Assembly: GCA_963838105.1 (NCBI GenBank)
Contig: CAWIQC010000002.1
Coordinates: 60,069 to 124,068, forward strand
Reading direction: 5' to 3'
Source: an uncultured Thermoleophilia bacterium
GTDB taxonomy: Bacteria; Actinomycetota; Thermoleophilia; Gaiellales; Gaiellaceae
Length of the DNA: 64,000 bases
Below are positions 39,698 through 50,432 of this stretch, one piece after another. A program made the position numbers and the translations under genes. Within the stretch, counting starts at the first letter, position 1. The number at the start of each line of letters is the position of its first letter. The notes below the pieces were generated by a model that saw only the letters and a program-made list of their open reading frames with translations, was not told where the DNA came from and did no database searches.

Positions 39698-42481
39698 GTG
39701 AGCAGCTTGACGATCTCGCTCCTCGGGCCGCCGCGGATCGAGGTGGACGGCCTGCCGTTACGCGTCGACACGCGCAAGGCGGTGGCGCTGCTGGCCTACC
39801 TGGCGGTCACCGGCCGGCCGGCTCGGCGCGAGCTGCTCGCCGATCTGCTCTGGCCCGAGTACGAGCCGGCCAACGGGCGTGCGGCGTTACGCCGCACCTT
39901 GTCGGTGCTTCGCGCCGCCCTGGGCGCCCGCTGGCTCTCGGCATCCCGCGACATCGTGAGCCTCGATGAGCACGGCGTCGACCTGGATGTCGATCGCTTC
40001 CGCCGGTTGCTCGTCGAGGGCCGGGCGCACGAGGCGGTCGTGCTCTACCGCGGCGACTTCCTCGAGGGGTTCGACCTACGCGACAGCGCGGAGTTCGATC
40101 ACTGGCAGATCGCCGAGGCTCAGGCGCTGCGCCGCGAGCTCGGCGCCGGCCTCGAACAGGTGGCGCTCGAGCGGGCCGAGGCCGGAGATCTCGAGGCGGC
40201 GATCGTGCACGCGCGCCGGCGCCTCGAGCTCGATCCGCTCGCCGAGTCGGGCCATCGCCTGCTGATGCAGCTGTATGCGTGGGCAGGCGATCGTGCCGCC
40301 GCGATCGAGCAGTACCGGGCCTGCGTCCGCGCGCTGCATCGCGAGCTCGGCGTCGCCCCGCTCGCCGAGACGACCGAGCTCTACGAGCAGGTCAGCGCCG
40401 GCAAGATCGTCCAGCCGGCCCCGCGGCCGCCGGCAGCGGCGACGCCTGTGCACGCTCCGGTCGCGCTCCCGCTCGTCGACCGCGACGCCGAGCTCGCGAG
40501 CCTGATCTCGGCCTGGCAGGGCGCCGCGCCCGACGGCCGCCTCATCGTGATCGAGGGCGAGGCCGGCATCGGCAAGACGCGGCTCGCCGACGAGCTCGCG
40601 GCTCGGGCCGGCGCCGCTGGAGCGGTGACTGTCGTCGTGCGCGCGGCCGAAGCGGAGGCGGAGCTTCCGTACGCCGCCGTGCTCGACGCGATGCGACAGC
40701 TCAGCGATCGGCCGGACGCTGCGCAGCGAATTGCGACGGTCCCAGCCCTGATCGCAGCGGAGGCCGCACGCCTCGCGCCGGAGGTGGCAGACCTGCGCCC
40801 GGGCCTGCCACCGGCGCCGCCGACGGACAGCCCCGGAGCGGGCAGCCGCTTCCTGGGCGCGCTCGCGGACGTCCTCACGGCCTGCAGCGCCGGCAGCGCG
40901 CCCGGGCTTCTCGTCGTGGACGACGCTCAGTGGGTCGATGCCGCGTCGCTCGAGGTGCTGAGCTTCCTGGTCCGCCGCCTCGAGGGCCGCGCGCTCTGCA
41001 TCCTGCTGTCGTGGCGAGCCGAGGAGCTGCCGCCGGGCCACGCACTCCGCGAGCTGCTGGCAGACGCGCGGCGCTCGAGACGCGGGCTCCTCGTGGCTCC
41101 GAGACGCCTCGGTCGCGCGGCCGTAACGGAGCTGGCACGGGCAGCGGGCGCCGTATCGGAGATCGATCGGCTCTACGCCCAGACCGCCGGCCTGCCCCTC
41201 TTCGTCGTCGAGTACCTCGCGGCTCTCGGCGAGACGGCAGGTGGCGACGTGCCGGAGGGCGTGGCCGAGCTCCTGCGTCACCGTGCGGCGGCGGCGAGCG
41301 AGGGCGCTCGCCAGGTGCTCGCGGCAGCCGCGGCGCTCGGGACCTCCTTCGACCTGGAGGCGATCCGCGAGACGAGCGGGCGCAGCGACGAGGAGACCGT
41401 GGCCGCCCTCGAGGAGCTCGAAGCGCGAGGGCTGCTCAGCGAGGACGGCGAGAGCTACGCGTTCGCGCACGACTCGATGCGGTCCGTGATCTACGCCGAC
41501 ACGAGCCTCGCTCGGAGGCGCTTGCTCCACCGGCGTGCCGCTGAGGCGCTCGCCGCGAGGCCGCCGCGCGACCGCGTCGAGCGTGCGGCGGTCATCGCCG
41601 AGCAGTACCGGCTGGCAGGACGAGATGCCGACGCGGCCGAGTATCACCGCCTGGCAGGTGAGCGGGCCCGAGAGCTGCTGGCGCCCTCGGAGGCGCTCGC
41701 CCACTTCCGGGCTGCGCTCGCGCTCGGCCACGCGGACGAGGCCATCCTGCACGAGGCAGTCGGCGAGCTGCTCATGCTCATGGGCGAGTACGGGCCGGCG
41801 CTCACGAGCCTCGAAGCGGCCGCCGCTCTGGCGACCGATCGAGCACAGCTCGGCCGGATCGAGCACGAGCTCGGCGCCGTTCGTCATCGGCAGGGTGAGT
41901 GGGAGCTCGCCGCAGCACGCTACGAGGCCGCCGCGGCCGCGCTCGAAGGCAACGAGGGGCAGCTCGCGCGCATAGAGGCCGACCGCAGCCTCAACGAGCA
42001 CCGGAGGGGTCGTGGCGAGGCCGCCGCTGCACTGGCGCACAGGGCGCTCGAGCTCGCGGAGCGGGCCGGGGACACCGCAGCGCTCGCGCAGGCGCACAAC
42101 ATCCTCGGCATCCTGGCCTCGAGCGGCGGCGCGCTCGACGAGGCCCGCACGGAGCTCCGCCAGAGCCTGGAGCTCGCCGGCGCGCTCGGCGACCCCGGTG
42201 CGCGCGTGGCGGCGCTGAACAACCTCGCGCTCCTCGAGCGAACGGAGGGGGATCTCGCCGAGGCGCTGCGGCTCACGCGGGAGGCCCTTGCGTTGTGCGT
42301 GGCCCAGGGCGATCGTCATCGCGAGGCGGCGCTGCACAACAACCTCGCGGATCTCCTGCACGCAGCCGGCGACCCTGACGCTGCGATGGCGGAGCTCAAG
42401 CAGGCCGTGGCGATCTTCGCAGAGATCGGCGGCGACGCCGGCGAGGCTCAGGTCGAGATCTGGAAGCTCGTCGAATGGTGA
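39698..42481 (+). CDS. AfsR/SARP-family regulator: OmpR-type winged helix plus BTAD, P-loop NTPase, C-terminal TPR repeats
   Basis: SLLGPPRIEVDGLPL...RKAVALLAYLA...LYRGDFLEGF...HRLLMQLYAWAGDRAAAIEQY...GEAGIGKTRL...LLVVDDAQWVD, then many TPR-like repeats. Uninterrupted over 2.8 kb. The supplied ORF start at 38984 is an upstream artefact. Confidence 0.9.
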   Translation: MSSLTISLLGPPRIEVDGLPLRVDTRKAVALLAYLAVTGRPARRELLADLLWPEYEPANGRAALRRTLSVLRAALGARWLSASRDIVSLDEHGVDLDVDRFRRLLVEGRAHEAVVLYRGDFLEGFDLRDSAEFDHWQIAEAQALRRELGAGLEQVALERAEAGDLEAAIVHARRRLELDPLAESGHRLLMQLYAWAGDRAAAIEQYRACVRALHRELGVAPLAETTELYEQVSAGKIVQPAPRPPAAATPVHAPVALPLVDRDAELASLISAWQGAAPDGRLIVIEGEAGIGKTRLADELAARAGAAGAVTVVVRAAEAEAELPYAAVLDAMRQLSDRPDAAQRIATVPALIAAEAARLAPEVADLRPGLPPAPPTDSPGAGSRFLGALADVLTACSAGSAPGLLVVDDAQWVDAASLEVLSFLVRRLEGRALCILLSWRAEELPPGHALRELLADARRSRRGLLVAPRRLGRAAVTELARAAGAVSEIDRLYAQTAGLPLFVVEYLAALGETAGGDVPEGVAELLRHRAAAASEGARQVLAAAAALGTSFDLEAIRETSGRSDEETVAALEELEARGLLSEDGESYAFAHDSMRSVIYADTSLARRRLLHRRAAEALAARPPRDRVERAAVIAEQYRLAGRDADAAEYHRLAGERARELLAPSEALAHFRAALALGHADEAILHEAVGELLMLMGEYGPALTSLEAAAALATDRAQLGRIEHELGAVRHRQGEWELAAARYEAAAAALEGNEGQLARIEADRSLNEHRRGRGEAAAALAHRALELAERAGDTAALAQAHNILGILASSGGALDEARTELRQSLELAGALGDPGARVAALNNLALLERTEGDLAEALRLTREALALCVAQGDRHREAALHNNLADLLHAAGDPDAAMAELKQAVAIFAEIGGDAGEAQVEIWKLVEW

Positions 42482-42510
42482 GGCTGTAGGCCCGGAGCCT
42501 CAGTAGGCTC

Positions 42511-42532
42511 GGGGCCGGATCGCTCCGGCCCC
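42511..42532. terminator. REP-B-type hairpin ggggccgga-tcgc-tccggcccc between the SARP gene and tRNA-Leu
   Basis: Perfect 9-bp GC stem 30 nt after the stop codon. No clear U-tract. Confidence 0.45.
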
Positions 42533-42540
42533 GTCCAAAG

Positions 42541-42624
<84 letters not shown>

Positions 42625-42655
42625 TGGCTGCGCCATTGTAGCGAGGCAGGCCTAG

Positions 42656-42874
42656 ATGGTTGATTCCACGATCCACGCGCGGCCGGATGCGACATCTGGC
42701 GCGTCTGGGCCGCTTCCGTCCCTGTCTGCGAGGCCGTGCGGCCTCTCAGACAGGGTCGTGCGCTTCGCGAGGCCGGGGCTTGCCGAGGCGTCCAGCCTCG
42801 CCTGCGCCCCGGCCTCGTGTCCCAGAGCGGCCAGCTGACGCCCCGGCGGAGGCGGATCTCGTGGAATCAACCAT
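42656..42874. mobile_element. MITE copy 2 (219 bp)
   Basis: atggttgattccacga ... tcgtggaatcaaccat, flanked by CTAG (42652..42655) and CAAG (42875..42878). Same internal sequence as copy 1 with a few substitutions. Confidence 0.85.
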
Positions 42875-42918
42875 CAAGAGGGTTTGACGCCGTCCGCTCG
42901 GCGCGCTACCCTCAGATA

Positions 42919-42932
42919 CGAACATACGTTCG
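42919..42932. promoter_or_regulatory. LexA operator (Cheo/SOS box) CGAACATACGTTCG
   Basis: Perfect GAAC-N4-GTTC palindrome 18 nt upstream of the lexA start. Confidence 0.8.
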
Positions 42933-42949
42933 CGACCCACGGAGGGGCC

Positions 42950-43576
42950 ATGGTTTCGGAGCGCCAGCAGGAGATCTACGACTTCATCGTCGTCTACGCG
43001 CGCAAGCACGGCTACCCCCCGACCGTGCGGGAGATCGGCGCGCGCGTCGGTCTGGCGTCCCCGTCGACCGTGCACGTCCATCTGGCGAAGCTCGAGCAGG
43101 CCGGGTACGTGCGCCGCGACCCGACGAAGCCACGCGCGCTCGAGCTGGTCGGCCGCGGGGAAGATCCGGCGCCGGAGAACGGCCGTGTCGTCCCGCTGCT
43201 GCCGCTGGTGGGTGAGATCGCCGCGGGCTCGCCATTGCTCGCCGAGGAGAACGTCGAGGAATACGTCGCCGTGCCGGAGCCGCTCGCGCGGGGAGAGGAC
43301 GAGTTCCTCCTGCGCGTGCGCGGCGACAGCATGATCCAGGCCGGGATCATGTCCGGTGACTACGTCGTCATCCGGCGCCAGCAGGCGGCCGCGAACGGCG
43401 ACGTGGTGGCGGCGCTCGTGGGCGAGGACGAGTCGGCGTCCGAGGCGACGGTGAAGACGTACTACCACGAGGACGGCCGCATCCGTCTGCAGCCGGAGAA
43501 CGACGAGCTCGAGCCTCTGTACCCCCAGCACGTCCAGATCCTGGGAAAGGTCGTGGGGCTCTTCCGTCGGCTATGA
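42950..43576 (+). CDS. lexA: LexA repressor
   Basis: RBS GGAGGGG plus ATG 42950. YPPTVREIG...LASPSTVHVHL..LE..GY, cleavage-site region VGEIAAGSP, VRGDSMI..GI..GD, VKTY. Intact. Confidence 0.95.
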   Translation: MVSERQQEIYDFIVVYARKHGYPPTVREIGARVGLASPSTVHVHLAKLEQAGYVRRDPTKPRALELVGRGEDPAPENGRVVPLLPLVGEIAAGSPLLAEENVEEYVAVPEPLARGEDEFLLRVRGDSMIQAGIMSGDYVVIRRQQAAANGDVVAALVGEDESASEATVKTYYHEDGRIRLQPENDELEPLYPQHVQILGKVVGLFRRL

Positions 43577-43770
43577 CCGTGGCTTCCCTCACCCGGACGC
43601 TGGACGAGGCTCTGCTCGCGCTGCTCCAGGGCGAGACGGACGCATGCCTCGTGTGCGGCGAGCCGGTCGAGGGCGAAGAGGAGCGCGTCGAGTGCTCCGC
43701 CTGCGGGTCGGTGCTCGAGCCGGCGCCGAGGGAGGTGATTCCCGGGCAGATGACGTTGATCGACGGCTGA
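43573..43770 (+). CDS. Small zinc-ribbon-like protein
   Basis: ATGA overlap with lexA. CLVCGEP...CSACGS (two CxxC pairs). 65 aa. Confidence 0.5.
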   Translation: MTVASLTRTLDEALLALLQGETDACLVCGEPVEGEEERVECSACGSVLEPAPREVIPGQMTLIDG

Positions 43771-43781
43771 CCCTGCGGCGG

Positions 43782-44610
43782 TTACGCCTTACGGCCCCAG
43801 GCCTGGACGAACACGTGGGAGAGAACCAGGGTCATCGGATCGTCCAGATGCCGCGACAAGGCCGCCGTACAGTTCACGAACTCGGCTTCCGAGATCAAGC
43901 CCTCCGCGACGATCCGCTCGCGAAGGTTGTTCACGAACTGGAGGAAGATCGGCCGGCGGCTGTGACCCGGTCCGTAGGCGTGGATCAGTGGGTTGACGCG
44001 AACATCGGACAGACCGGCGGCCGCCAGCATGCGAGGGAGCCTGCGTCCGACGAAGAGGTCGATGCCGTTCCGTCGTGGCGTAGGCCTCGAGCGCGGCCAT
44101 CAGGCGATCCCATTCGAGTAGGGGCGGGTCGCAGACATGGGCGCGCCAGTCGGCCTCGTGCAGCGCCACTGTGCCTCCGGGCCTGACGAGAGCGACCATC
44201 TCGGCAACGAGAGCATCCGGCTCCGGGATATTCACGAGCACGAGGCGCGCGGTTGCGAGATCGAAAGACTCGTGGGGGAGGGCGGCGCTCTTCGCGTCCC
44301 CGTGCAGCACCTGGGCGTTGGTGATCCGGCGTTCGTCGAGGAACACTCGAGCGAGCCCGACGGCCTCGTCGCTGATCTCGATGCCCACCACGGATCCTTC
44401 GACGCCGACTCGCTCGGAAAGGAGCTCGAGGCAGCCTTGCGGGCCGCAGCCGACCTCGACCACGCGGGCCCCAGGTCGAATCCCGATCCGATCGAAGAGC
44501 CACGCGGATTCTTCCGCGAGCTCTTCGGCTTGCTGCCGAAGGCGCTGCTGCTCGGCTGACGCGTGGCCGAGGAAGTACTGGTCGCGCCCGCCCTCCAAGT
44601 GAGCCGACAT
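43782..44610 (-). CDS. Class I SAM-dependent methyltransferase, one frame break near 44060
   Basis: VVEVGCGPQGCLELL (motif I), VGIEISDEAV, VRPGGTVAL. C-terminal part in ORF 43782..44030. Confidence 0.75.
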
Positions 44611-45373
44611 CCGGCGGCGAATCGTACGCGAGGCTGGGCGGTCGGTCAGGGCGCAGCTCGGGGTATGCGGGCAGACCGCGAGGCTCTTGTCGACCGGCAC
44701 GATCGCCGGGCCGGTTTCCGGGTCGACGAGCAAGCCGAGAACGCCGGACGTGTCGCCGCTCCTCCCGTCCTCGGTCTCGAAGTAGGCGAACACTCCGAGC
44801 TCGTAGGCGCCGGGCTCGAGATCGACAGCCCACGACATGCTCGCGCTCTCGAGCTCGAAGTCGGCCACGGCCCGATCGGGGCCGCACCCGAGCGGGTAGA
44901 CGACGACGGTCGACGGGCACGCCGGACGAGCCCTCGGGGACGGTGAGCGTCGCATCCGACGACCTCGATCGTCACGGGCTCGCCGGGCGCGACGATGCTC
45001 AGCTCGGCCGGATGGACGAACGCCGCGTCGGCGCAGGCGCCCTGCGCCCTCGCCGCTCTCGCTCACCTGCGTGACGCAGTAGCTCCCCTGGACGGCCTCC
45101 TGACGGCCGGCCTCGGTCACGAGCACGATCGGCGGCGGCTTCGGCTCGGAGCTCGGAGGACGCTCGGGCTCGGCCGAGGTGGTCGCCGGCTCGCCGCTGC
45201 CGGTCTCGACGAATCCGCTCGTCTCGGCGGACGCCGCCCGTCTCGGCCGGCGGCGCGCCAAGATCGGACGGTGGCGCCTCCGGCTCTGCGGCCGGAGCCG
45301 TGCCGCCGCAGGCGGCGAGCGCCGCGCCGGCGAGAAGCGCCACCAGCGCGAGGAGGAGGCGACTCCGCGGCAT
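44611..45373 (-). CDS. Putative lipoprotein, frame breaks, 3' boundary unclear
   Basis: ATG 45373. MPRSRLLLALVALLAGAALAACGG lipobox. Later parts (VVVYPLGCGPDRAVADFELESASMSWAVDLEPGAYELGVFAYF) are in another frame and run into the methyltransferase start. Confidence 0.5.
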
Positions 45374-45435
45374 CGTCCCATCTTGGACCATGGCGCCGCC
45401 CCGATGGTTCCGCCTGCCGCGGGCTACACTGTCTC

Positions 45436-45789
<354 letters not shown>

Positions 45790-45790
45790 G

Positions 45791-45816
45791 AAAAAGCCCT
45801 GGTAACGGGGCTTTTT
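45791..45816 (+). terminator. Rho-independent terminator after rnpB
   Basis: aaaaagccc-tggtaacg-gggcttttt (9-bp stem flanked by A and T runs, potentially bidirectional). Confidence 0.6.
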
Positions 45817-46467
45817 CTATGCCTGCGATTCGCCGGCGACTCGTCAGGCTCGCCCCGCGGCGGGCTGACTGCGGTCTCCGTGGAACCGCTCGGCGCGGTC
45901 GCCCGGCGTGGCCTCGGGGGCCGTGCCGGCTACGAGCCGCTCCGCGAATCGAAGCGTACACGACCTCCGATGTGACAGGCCAGGCGCGCCGCGCCACGAT
46001 CCCCCACGACATGACTCGGAAGAGCCCGAATAGCCACGCAGGTTCCGCCCCATCCTTGCGCCCCCATTGCGACGTAGTCCCTCAAAGACAAAAGGCGGGC
46101 GTCACGAGCGAAACCGCAACACGGCGTTACGCTAAGCAGCGAAGGGCTCGAGGCCGATCACTCGCGACGTGTCATCACCGCCTTGGGGGCGGTAGCCCGC
46201 TTTGCGGTGGATTCGGGTGAGCGCTGCGCGCCCCGCAGGCCACGCCCGGATGCGTGCGCCGTGAGAGGTGGGGATTCAGAGGGACTAGAGGGGACGTTGA
46301 GCCGTTTCCCGCCCCCGTCTAAGGGGGCCGGATCCCCCCTTTCCCGGCTCTACTCACAACAACTCACCAAGCGGATCCTGTCCGCTGGGGCCGCATTTTC
46401 GCTCGGGTTGACCCTGTACGCGTTCAGCGTAAGACTTCATGCCCTAGCGGCAAATAGGAGGGGAGAG

Positions 46468-47285
46468 ATGAGGATTCGGCTTACACGCGCCACACTGCCG
46501 GGGCTCGTCGTTCTAGCGGCGGCGCTTATGACGGCGCTCCTTGCGGCAGGCTCTACGTAGTCCGCCGCGCCCGCTACCTGCCACGGCAGCCCGGCGACGA
46601 TAGTCGGCACCGACCACGACGATTCGCTCACCGGCACAGCAGGCAGCGACGTTGTCGTGCTCCTTGACGGCGACGACTTCTTCGACGGACTGGTGGAAAC
46701 GACACCGTCTGCGGCGGCGACGGCGAGGACTTCGTCGTCGGGGGCGTGGGCGACGACATGCTCGACGGTGGGGACGGAATCGACGTAGGTGAGGGGCGAC
46801 TCCTTTTCGGCGACGGGCGACGCGATCGAGGACGGGGGGAACGACACGATCATTTGCGGCGAGGGGCACCGACGACAGAGGTGGCGGTGACAACTTTGCG
46901 CCGAACGGGAACGCCTCCGGCAACGGCGGAGACGACACTATGTCCGGATGCGAGCGCTCGACTGCCGACAACGGCGCGGGCGGCGTGGCCTCGGGTGACG
47001 GCGGGAACGACACGATGGAAGGCTGTCGTGGTTGCATCGGTGACAACATCTCGTTCAGCGGCCAGACATCCGGCACGGGCGGGAACGACACGATCATCGG
47101 CACGCCGAAGGGCGACATCGCCGTGGTTGGTGACAACAGCGGCACGGGCGGTGGCGGAAACGACGACATCTCCACCTTGAGCGGTCGCGACATCATCGAC
47201 GGGGGGCCTGGGCAAGGATCGCTGCGACGGCGGCACCGGCATGGACAGCGCGAAGAATTGCGAGACGCTGATCGACATCCCCTAG
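46468..47285 (+). CDS. Secreted protein with RTX-like (GGxGxD) calcium-binding repeats, frame breaks
   Basis: RBS AGGAGGGG plus ATG. Signal peptide MRIRLTRATLPGLVVLAAALMTALLAAG. Repeated GGNDT, GGDGED, GGVGDD, GGDGID, GDGGNDT, GGGGNDD motifs across frames. Ends DGGTGMDSAKNCETLIDIP. Confidence 0.65.
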
Positions 47286-47902
47286 CAGACAGCCCGCGCT
47301 GACACCGCAGTCCGCTTCATCGTCGGCTCCCGAAGACCGCGGGCTCGGGGCGCGCGCGGTGGCCTACGCCCCGGCACGCTTGCCGTAGGTGGCGAGCGCG
47401 TCCGACTGGATTGCGGCGAGGTCGCCGGCTTCCCACCGGCGCCACGCGTCGTCGAGCGCGGAGACGAGCTCGCTAAGCAGCGAGCCGGAGCTCGGAGGTC
47501 TCGGCCAGCGGGTGACTTCGCGGCTCATCGCCGGATTCCCGCGTTTGCGGCCGGCCGGGACGAGCCGGTGCGGTCCTCGGTGTGGTCCGCCGCTCGCGCG
47601 GGAGCTCTTAAGCCTTTGGAGCTCCTGCAAAGTGCGACGGGAGCAACGGGACGAGTTGCGCACCTCCGGCGTGACAGGCCGACCCATCCTGATCGCGTGG
47701 GGACTGTGACGCGGATAACTGGGCTGAATAGCGAGCGAGACACAGATGCATCCTTCGATGCCGGACCCGGTCGAGCCTGACGAGTTGCCCGGCGAGTCGT
47801 CAGTGGTTGCAGGTGCCGCACTTCGTGAAAGTGCATCTATGTCTCGCCTGTTATCGCGGTGAGTAGCGGCTGCGATTTGCGCGATCGAGGGTCGCGTCGG
47901 GC

Positions 47903-48685
47903 TCAGAGCGCGAGCTCACGACTGAGCGTGTGCTCGATCGCTTGCAGGCGACGGAGGGCGATGAGCTTCGGGACGTCCGGTTCACGTCCGAGGGCGGCGA
48001 GCATGCGCGCGAGGTCGGCGGTTGACGCGACCGGAACGCGGAGGCCCTTGCCGATCGGCTCGCGCGTGGCGGCGCGCCGCAGGTCGTCGTAGCCCCCGCG
48101 CGTTCCTGCGGGCTCGGGGACGACCTGGAGCTTGCCCTTCGGGCTGCTGAACTCGCTGGGCGCGCCGTGGCTGTTCATCTCGTCAAGAGCGGCTGGTTGA
48201 CCGTCCGGTCGCACAGCGCCGAGGTCGCCGAGTGCCAGCGCGAGCCGGTGGAGGTTGTCACTGCGCAGGGACGGCGCGATGTCGACGCCGTCGGTCGTCT
48301 CCTCCGCGCCCTGGACGATGCGTGCGAAGGAGCCGATGACGACGTAGACCGTCTGCTGGCGCTCCAAGCAGGCGAGAATCGCGTACGGGTCGAACGGCGA
48401 GTCGGTCGATGACGCCTTGAGCGCTCGCTGCACTCGGCGCTCGGGCGAGAGGAGCGCGTTCTTCTGCAGGCGCTCGTTGGCGGACTCGTCCCGCGGCACG
48501 AGCTCGATCGGTAACTCGAAGCCGCAGATGGCGATGATCTCGAGGAAGGTCTCGAGGCTCGGCTCGATCGCGCCTTGCTCCCAGCGTGCAATGACCGAGC
48601 GTTGGCGGCCGCTGAGGTCCGCGAGCTCCTGCTGCGTGAGGCCGGCTCGTAGGCGAGCCTCTCGAATGAGCGTCGCGCTCCACAC
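47903..48685 (-). CDS. XRE-family helix-turn-helix protein with a C-terminal domain of unknown function
   Basis: LIREARLRAGLTQQELADLSGRQRSVIARWEQG. Intact 260 aa. Divergent from the integrase gene. Confidence 0.8.
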   Translation of the reverse strand: MWSATLIREARLRAGLTQQELADLSGRQRSVIARWEQGAIEPSLETFLEIIAICGFELPIELVPRDESANERLQKNALLSPERRVQRALKASSTDSPFDPYAILACLERQQTVYVVIGSFARIVQGAEETTDGVDIAPSLRSDNLHRLALALGDLGAVRPDGQPAALDEMNSHGAPSEFSSPKGKLQVVPEPAGTRGGYDDLRRAATREPIGKGLRVPVASTADLARMLAALGREPDVPKLIALRRLQAIEHTLSRELAL

Positions 48686-48752
48686 CGTCGGCCGAGTATA
48701 AGTCGCCTGGCCCGTTACACGCTCACGACCCGTATTTGCTACAGTACCCGGT

Positions 48753-50432
48753 ATGGCGACGAGCGTTCAGCTCTCCTTCGCCGATGTGGAAGCGGTCGAG
48801 GAACCTGCTCCGAGGACATCCTCGCCGAAGGTGGGGGCGGCGGGCTCGGTGTCGCACTCGGCCGACCAGGCAGCTCTCGCGGCGCTCCAGGCAGCGCTGG
48901 TCGACGCTCGCGCATCGGAGGACGACCGGCCGCCGCTGGTCGTGCTTGCCTCGTGTCTCGGCCAGTTCGACGGCTCGCCTGTCTCCGCGCCTCCTGTCGC
49001 GTCCTGTGACAGCGCCTCGCTGCGGCAGGCGCGCGATGACTGGCTGCGGCGGCTCGAGACCTCGCGAAAGAGCAAGAGCTCCCTGGTGGCATACCGCGTG
49101 GCGATCGACGACCTGCTCGACTGGTCGGAGCCGCGTCATCGCAGCGTCCTCGAGGAAGCGACGATCGTCGACTACCTGAGCGCCTACGAGCAGCGGGCAC
49201 ACCCGGCGCAGGCGACCTACTACCGCCGCTTCCTCCTCTTGCGCCGCTTCCTCCGCTGGGTCAGCAAACGCGTCGGCGCGCCCGACCCGTTCCGCGACCT
49301 CGACCCGCCGCCGAAGCCGCGGCAGGAGCGCGACTGGCTGACACGCGAGGAGTTCCGGCGGCTGCTCGACGCCGCCGGGAAGCCCGACCGGAACCTGCCT
49401 GGCCTCGCGGAGCGTGACCAGCTCACGCTCCTCACCCTCGTCACGACCGGCCTTCGTCGCTCCGAGCTGTGTGCGCTCGAGTGGCAGGACCTCGAGCTCG
49501 ACGGACGCAAGAAGTCGCTGCTCGTCCGCCATGGGAAGGGCGACAAGTCCCGGAGTCAACCGATCCCGGCTCGCCTCGCCCGCGAGCTGCGGAAGGTGCG
49601 CGACGCCCGGCAGCCCAGGCCAACCGATCCCGTCTTCTGCGGGCTCGCCGGCGGACGCCTGCAGGAGACGATCCTCGCCGACATCATCCGGCGCGCCGCG
49701 ACGCGAGCCGGGATCGAGAAGCACGTCACCGCCCATACGCTGCGCCACACCGCCGCGACCTGGCTGCGCCAGGAGCGCGGCGATACCCGCCTCGTCGCCG
49801 AGTACCTCGGCCACGCCGACCTCTCGACCGTGGCTCGCTACGCGCACGTCGACCGCGACGAGCTCTTCGATGCCGCGGGCCGGCTGGAGCAGCTCGCCGC
49901 TCCTTCGGAGGAGCGTGCGGCGCCGGACCGGCCTGCGGAACCCGCGAGACCGCGACGCTCCAGCGAGCGGGTCGGATCAGCCGCGCCGTCGGCGCCGCCG
50001 TCGCCGGAGGCGGGGGCGCCGTTGAGCCGCCAAGCGCCTCGCAGCCGGCGACTCACTGGTCGCGCTCGACGCTCCCAGGGCCGCAGAACGGCTCTCAGCG
50101 ATCCGAATTCGGCGGCCGAGGGTGTGAAACGGCGAAATCGGCCCGTTGGACGCCGCTCACGACCCGTTGCGCACGCCACGTGGGAGCGGAGAGCGGCTCT
50201 GAGCCGCTCTCAGTCGAGTCGGAGCTGCTCGCTCGCGGGCGTGAGCCGTGGCGCGACGACGACCGTGCCCTCGAACACCTCCGGCCCGAGGAACGCCTTC
50301 ATCAGCTTGTCGTGCGAGCGGTGGCGGAGCATCTGCGCCTCGATGCGCGTGGCGGCGGCATACTCGACCGGGTCGGCCGGCCGCTCGCCGGGGAGCCGCC
50401 GTTCGAGGATCCGTTCGGCCGCCCACCAGTAG
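48753..50432 (+). CDS. Tyrosine recombinase / phage-type integrase (C-terminal tail beyond about 49950 probably read-through)
   Basis: SAM-like core-binding region (SLVAYRVAIDDLL). Catalytic TGLRRSEL, HTLRHTAATWL, LGHADLSTVARYAHV. Confidence 0.8.
   Translation: MATSVQLSFADVEAVEEPAPRTSSPKVGAAGSVSHSADQAALAALQAALVDARASEDDRPPLVVLASCLGQFDGSPVSAPPVASCDSASLRQARDDWLRRLETSRKSKSSLVAYRVAIDDLLDWSEPRHRSVLEEATIVDYLSAYEQRAHPAQATYYRRFLLLRRFLRWVSKRVGAPDPFRDLDPPPKPRQERDWLTREEFRRLLDAAGKPDRNLPGLAERDQLTLLTLVTTGLRRSELCALEWQDLELDGRKKSLLVRHGKGDKSRSQPIPARLARELRKVRDARQPRPTDPVFCGLAGGRLQETILADIIRRAATRAGIEKHVTAHTLRHTAATWLRQERGDTRLVAEYLGHADLSTVARYAHVDRDELFDAAGRLEQLAAPSEERAAPDRPAEPARPRRSSERVGSAAPSAPPSPEAGAPLSRQAPRSRRLTGRARRSQGRRTALSDPNSAAEGVKRRNRPVGRRSRPVAHATWERRAALSRSQSSRSCSLAGVSRGATTTVPSNTSGPRNAFISLSCERWRSICASMRVAAAYSTGSAGRSPGSRRSRIRSAAHQ

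Noticed and set aside
47364-47687. 107-aa minus-strand ORF downstream of the RTX-like gene
   Set aside because: No motif, a weak start context and low-complexity first half. Only the last roughly 50 residues look protein-like. Left uncalled.
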